Assembly: GCF_002571385.2 (NCBI RefSeq)
Contig: NW_019218244.1
Location: 1 to 64,000 of the forward strand
DNA length: 64,000 nucleotides
Direction: 5' to 3'
Origin: Stylophora pistillata
Taxonomy: Eukaryota
Below are positions 61,098 to 64,000 of the stretch, piece by piece. The first letter of the stretch is position 1, and every line of letters starts with the position of its first letter. The position numbers were made by a program, and so were the translations under genes. A model generated the notes under the pieces. The model worked only from the letters and a program-made list of their open reading frames with translations, made no database searches and had not been told where the DNA came from.

Positions 61098-64000
61098 TGT
61101 AATATTAAGAAGCAGGACGAGACAAATATAAATGTCAACAGAACGACAGATCTTCTTTTAATCAAGATGGCGGATCTCTCCCCATGTGCTAGTCATGTGA
61201 CATACGTACACATAACACACAGGGATACCACACTACACCTCCCCTTAAAGCTTTTACAGTAATCAAACAGACAATTATAAACAACATATCAAACAGTATA
61301 AGGGTCTACTGTAAACAAAAGCAATGTTCAAATGTTCAACGTTCAAGTGTCCTGAATAAGTCTCTGTGGCAGTTTCACTACTCTCCCTGAGCGCATCATG
61401 TGCACTTTCGGGGTGTCTGGTTCAGCTTTGTAGCAGCTCTCAGTAGGCTTGAACACAGCTGTGGTCAGGTCTTTGCTGGTGGGCACTTTTTGATTTTTCC
61501 TCAGCATTTCTGTCTCAACGTTAGCTTCTGGTTGGGTGTCGGGTGTCTTTGTACAGGTATCTGCTGAAACTAGGGCTGGCCTGTTCCTTCGAAGCTGTGT
61601 TCCCTTGTCTGTTTCAAATATGTAGGATCGTGGTGATGAAGATGCCGCTAGGACTCTTCCCATCTGATCTTGATCGCGTATCCAAACTTTCTCTCCACTC
61701 TGAAGTTCTGGTAGGTCTTTTGCCTTGTATCTGCGGTCATGGTTGCTTTTCTGGTTGCTGCGGTACAGTTCCTCTTTTGCATCTAGTTTTGCCAGGTCTT
61801 TCAGTCGTAGGTTTGGTTGTAGATTGTCAGGGAAGGTTGGTAACTGGGTGCGGAGTTGGCGGTTCATCAGAAGTTCGCATGGCGCCAGGCCATTGTGAAG
61901 AGGTGCTGTTCGGTATGCTAGAAAACCGAGATAGGGATCATCGTTCTTTTTCAGGATATCCTTGACAGTACGTACCGCTCTCTCTACTTCACCATTTCCT
62001 CTTGCGTACGTTGGCGAGCTAGTAATATGAGTGAACCCGTAAATACTTGCAAACAGTTGGAAGGATTTACAAGCAAACTGTGGGCCGTTATCGGACACCA
62101 GTAAGTCTGGAATTCCGTGAGTTGAAAATATTTCTTTCAGGGCTTTGATTATTGGCTCGGGCTTTGATTACTGACTCGGACAATTCACTTGGAAGTGCTT
62201 TAACTTCAGTCCACCTTGAGTAGTAGTCAACTACAATAAGATGTTTCTTTCCCTTTAGATCAAAGAGATCAGCGGCTAGTCTTTCCCATGGCTTGGATGG
62301 GAATGACGATGGCATCAGGGGCTCCTTGGGCACTGGTCTGTTCTTAGCATACGTAAAACATTTCGTCACCATGCCTGCTATCGCTGTAGTAATCGCCGGC
62401 CACCACACAGACATCTTGCCTCGTGCTTGCGTCTTTGTTATCCCAAGGTGTCCTTGATGTAAGAGGTCAAGTATTTCCAGCCTCATTCCTGCTGGAATCA
62501 CAATACCGTCATCATATAGTAGAATCTTGTCTATTACAGTTAAATGTTTCTTATTCTCCCAGTATGAACGGAGTATGGTAGAACTTGGCATGTATGCCGG
62601 CCATCCTTCTAGGCAGTACTTCTTGATCATCCTGCATACTTCATCCTGGTCTTGGGCTCCACTGATATCTTGCAGCTGCTTAGGCATTACTGGAAGCCCT
62701 GCTACGATCTGTTGTGTGAAGCTTTCCACTTCCTCCACAAGATGTATGTTCTCATTTACATTCTTCTTGATGGGGGCGCATGACAATGTGTCTGCGGTAA
62801 TTTGTTCCTTGCCGGGTACGTATACAACGTCGAGTTCGTACCTCATGAGACGCATTCTGAATCTTAAGATGCGTGGTGGCATTTTGGAGAGATCAGTTGA
62901 AGTGAAAAGGGGTACTAGTGGCTTGTGGTCGGTTTCCACTGTAAACTTCATTCCGAGTACATAGTCGGAAAACTTTTCACAAGCCCATGTCACAGCCAGG
63001 GCCTCTTTCTCAATGACTGCGTACCTTTTCTCAGTTTCTTAGAGGGATCTAGATGCATAGTACACCGGCTTCCTGGTACCGTCCTCTTGGAGCTGTAGAA
63101 GAACAGCCCCAAATCCAAAGTTAGAGGCATCGCTTGAGATGACTGTAGGACGACTTGGGTCATAGTGGGCAAGGTTTGTTGCAGATGTCAGTTCATTCTT
63201 GATTCCTTCAAATGACTGCTGTTAGGCTTTATCCCATTTCCACGTGTTCTCTTTTTTTAGGAGTTGTCGTAGTGGTTTGTTGAGATTGGCCAGGTTTGGT
63301 ATAAACTTTGCCATTTGATTGACCATTCCCATGAAGCGTTGGAGGTCGTTGACTTTCTGTGGGACTGGGAAATTGCGTATAGCTTCAGTTTTGGCTGGGT
63401 CTGGACAGATGCCTTTTTCATCAATAATATGTCCCAGGAATTTTACAGAATGTTTAGAAAACCCACATTTCTCGTTGAGCGTCACTCCGGCTACCTGTAG
63501 CCGCTTAAGGACAGTTCTCAGTCGTTCATCATGCTCCGCTTGTGTTGCTGCATGTACAAGGTGTCATCAATATGGCATACAACTCCCTTGAGGTCCCCCA
63601 GGATACTAGTCATGGTGCGCTGGAAGACTTCCAGGGCTGAGGTGATCCCAAAGGGAAGACGATTAAAACAGTAACGACCGTATGGCGTGATGAAGGTTGT
63701 AAGTAGGCGGGACACCTTGTTGAGAGGGAGTTGCCAAAATCCGCTGTTAGCGTCGAGTTTGCTAAAGACTCTACTTTTACTCAGCTTTGCTGGGCTTTCA
63801 TCTACAGAATACATTGGATGGACCTCTCTCTTAACGCTTTTGTTGAGTTGGACTAGGTCTACGCAGATGCGAACTTTTCCATTTGGCTTGAGGACTGGGA
63901 ATATCCCTGAGCACCATTCGGTCGGCTTCGTAACTGGGGAGATGACTCCTTCTTGAATCATCCTCTCTAATTCCTCCTTTACTTTAAGGAGTAATGGGTG
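61098..64000 (-). mobile_element. Decayed Ty3/Gypsy LTR retrotransposon in a CDC40 intron; continues beyond the window
   Basis: RT (RICVDL, KLDANSGFWQ, RLPFG, HIDD), RNase H (ETDHKPL) and integrase (HQGHLG, VVDYYS, SDNGPQF, NGEVER), with frameshifts. PPT AAGGGGAGG abuts the 3' LTR 61098-61237, which has TGTA..TACA ends. Confidence 0.93.

Noticed and set aside
61543-63956. Plus-strand ORFs of 60-145 aa
   Set aside because: They are antisense shadows of the Gypsy pol region.

Overview
Eukaryotic, AT-rich, intron-rich animal genomic DNA from a gapped draft assembly (N runs at 2350, 24576-25138, 33570-33607, 49765-49778). The repeat families and gene types point to a stony coral, probably a pocilloporid; this is an inference. 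I built spliced gene models by hand from GT-AG boundaries and frame continuity. They are: a TM-collagen-3xIg-fibrinogen (ficolin-like) gene with an in-frame stop (-), B4GALNT3/4-like (+), TEX11 with only its 3' half visible (-), an unrecognised six-exon 217-aa gene (+), HLCS (+), MPPED-like (-), a short type II membrane collagen (+) and CDC40/PRP17 with its 5' end outside the window (-). Mobile DNA includes a decayed Penelope-like element (PLE; RT plus GIY-YIG) with an inverted pseudo-LTR, a 14-bp TSD and a hammerhead-ribozyme motif. There are also two short fold-back elements with a variant (CCGACGA) hammerhead core, two decayed Ty3/Gypsy elements with very short LTRs, LINE fragments, tRNA-derived SINEs and many MITEs. 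The most interesting pattern is one insertion signature (5' fold-back, 10-14 bp TSD, no poly-A) shared by the PLE, the hammerhead mini-elements and a tRNA-Thr-like element, suggesting PLE-driven mobilisation of a Pol III family. A second lead is a pair of intronless, mutually similar small ORFs beside a 10/20-bp phased repeat at 46.6-49 kb, possibly a viral relic. The 1.4-kb palindrome at 923-2349 is probably an assembly artefact. No CRISPR array, rRNA or convincingly functional tRNA was seen.
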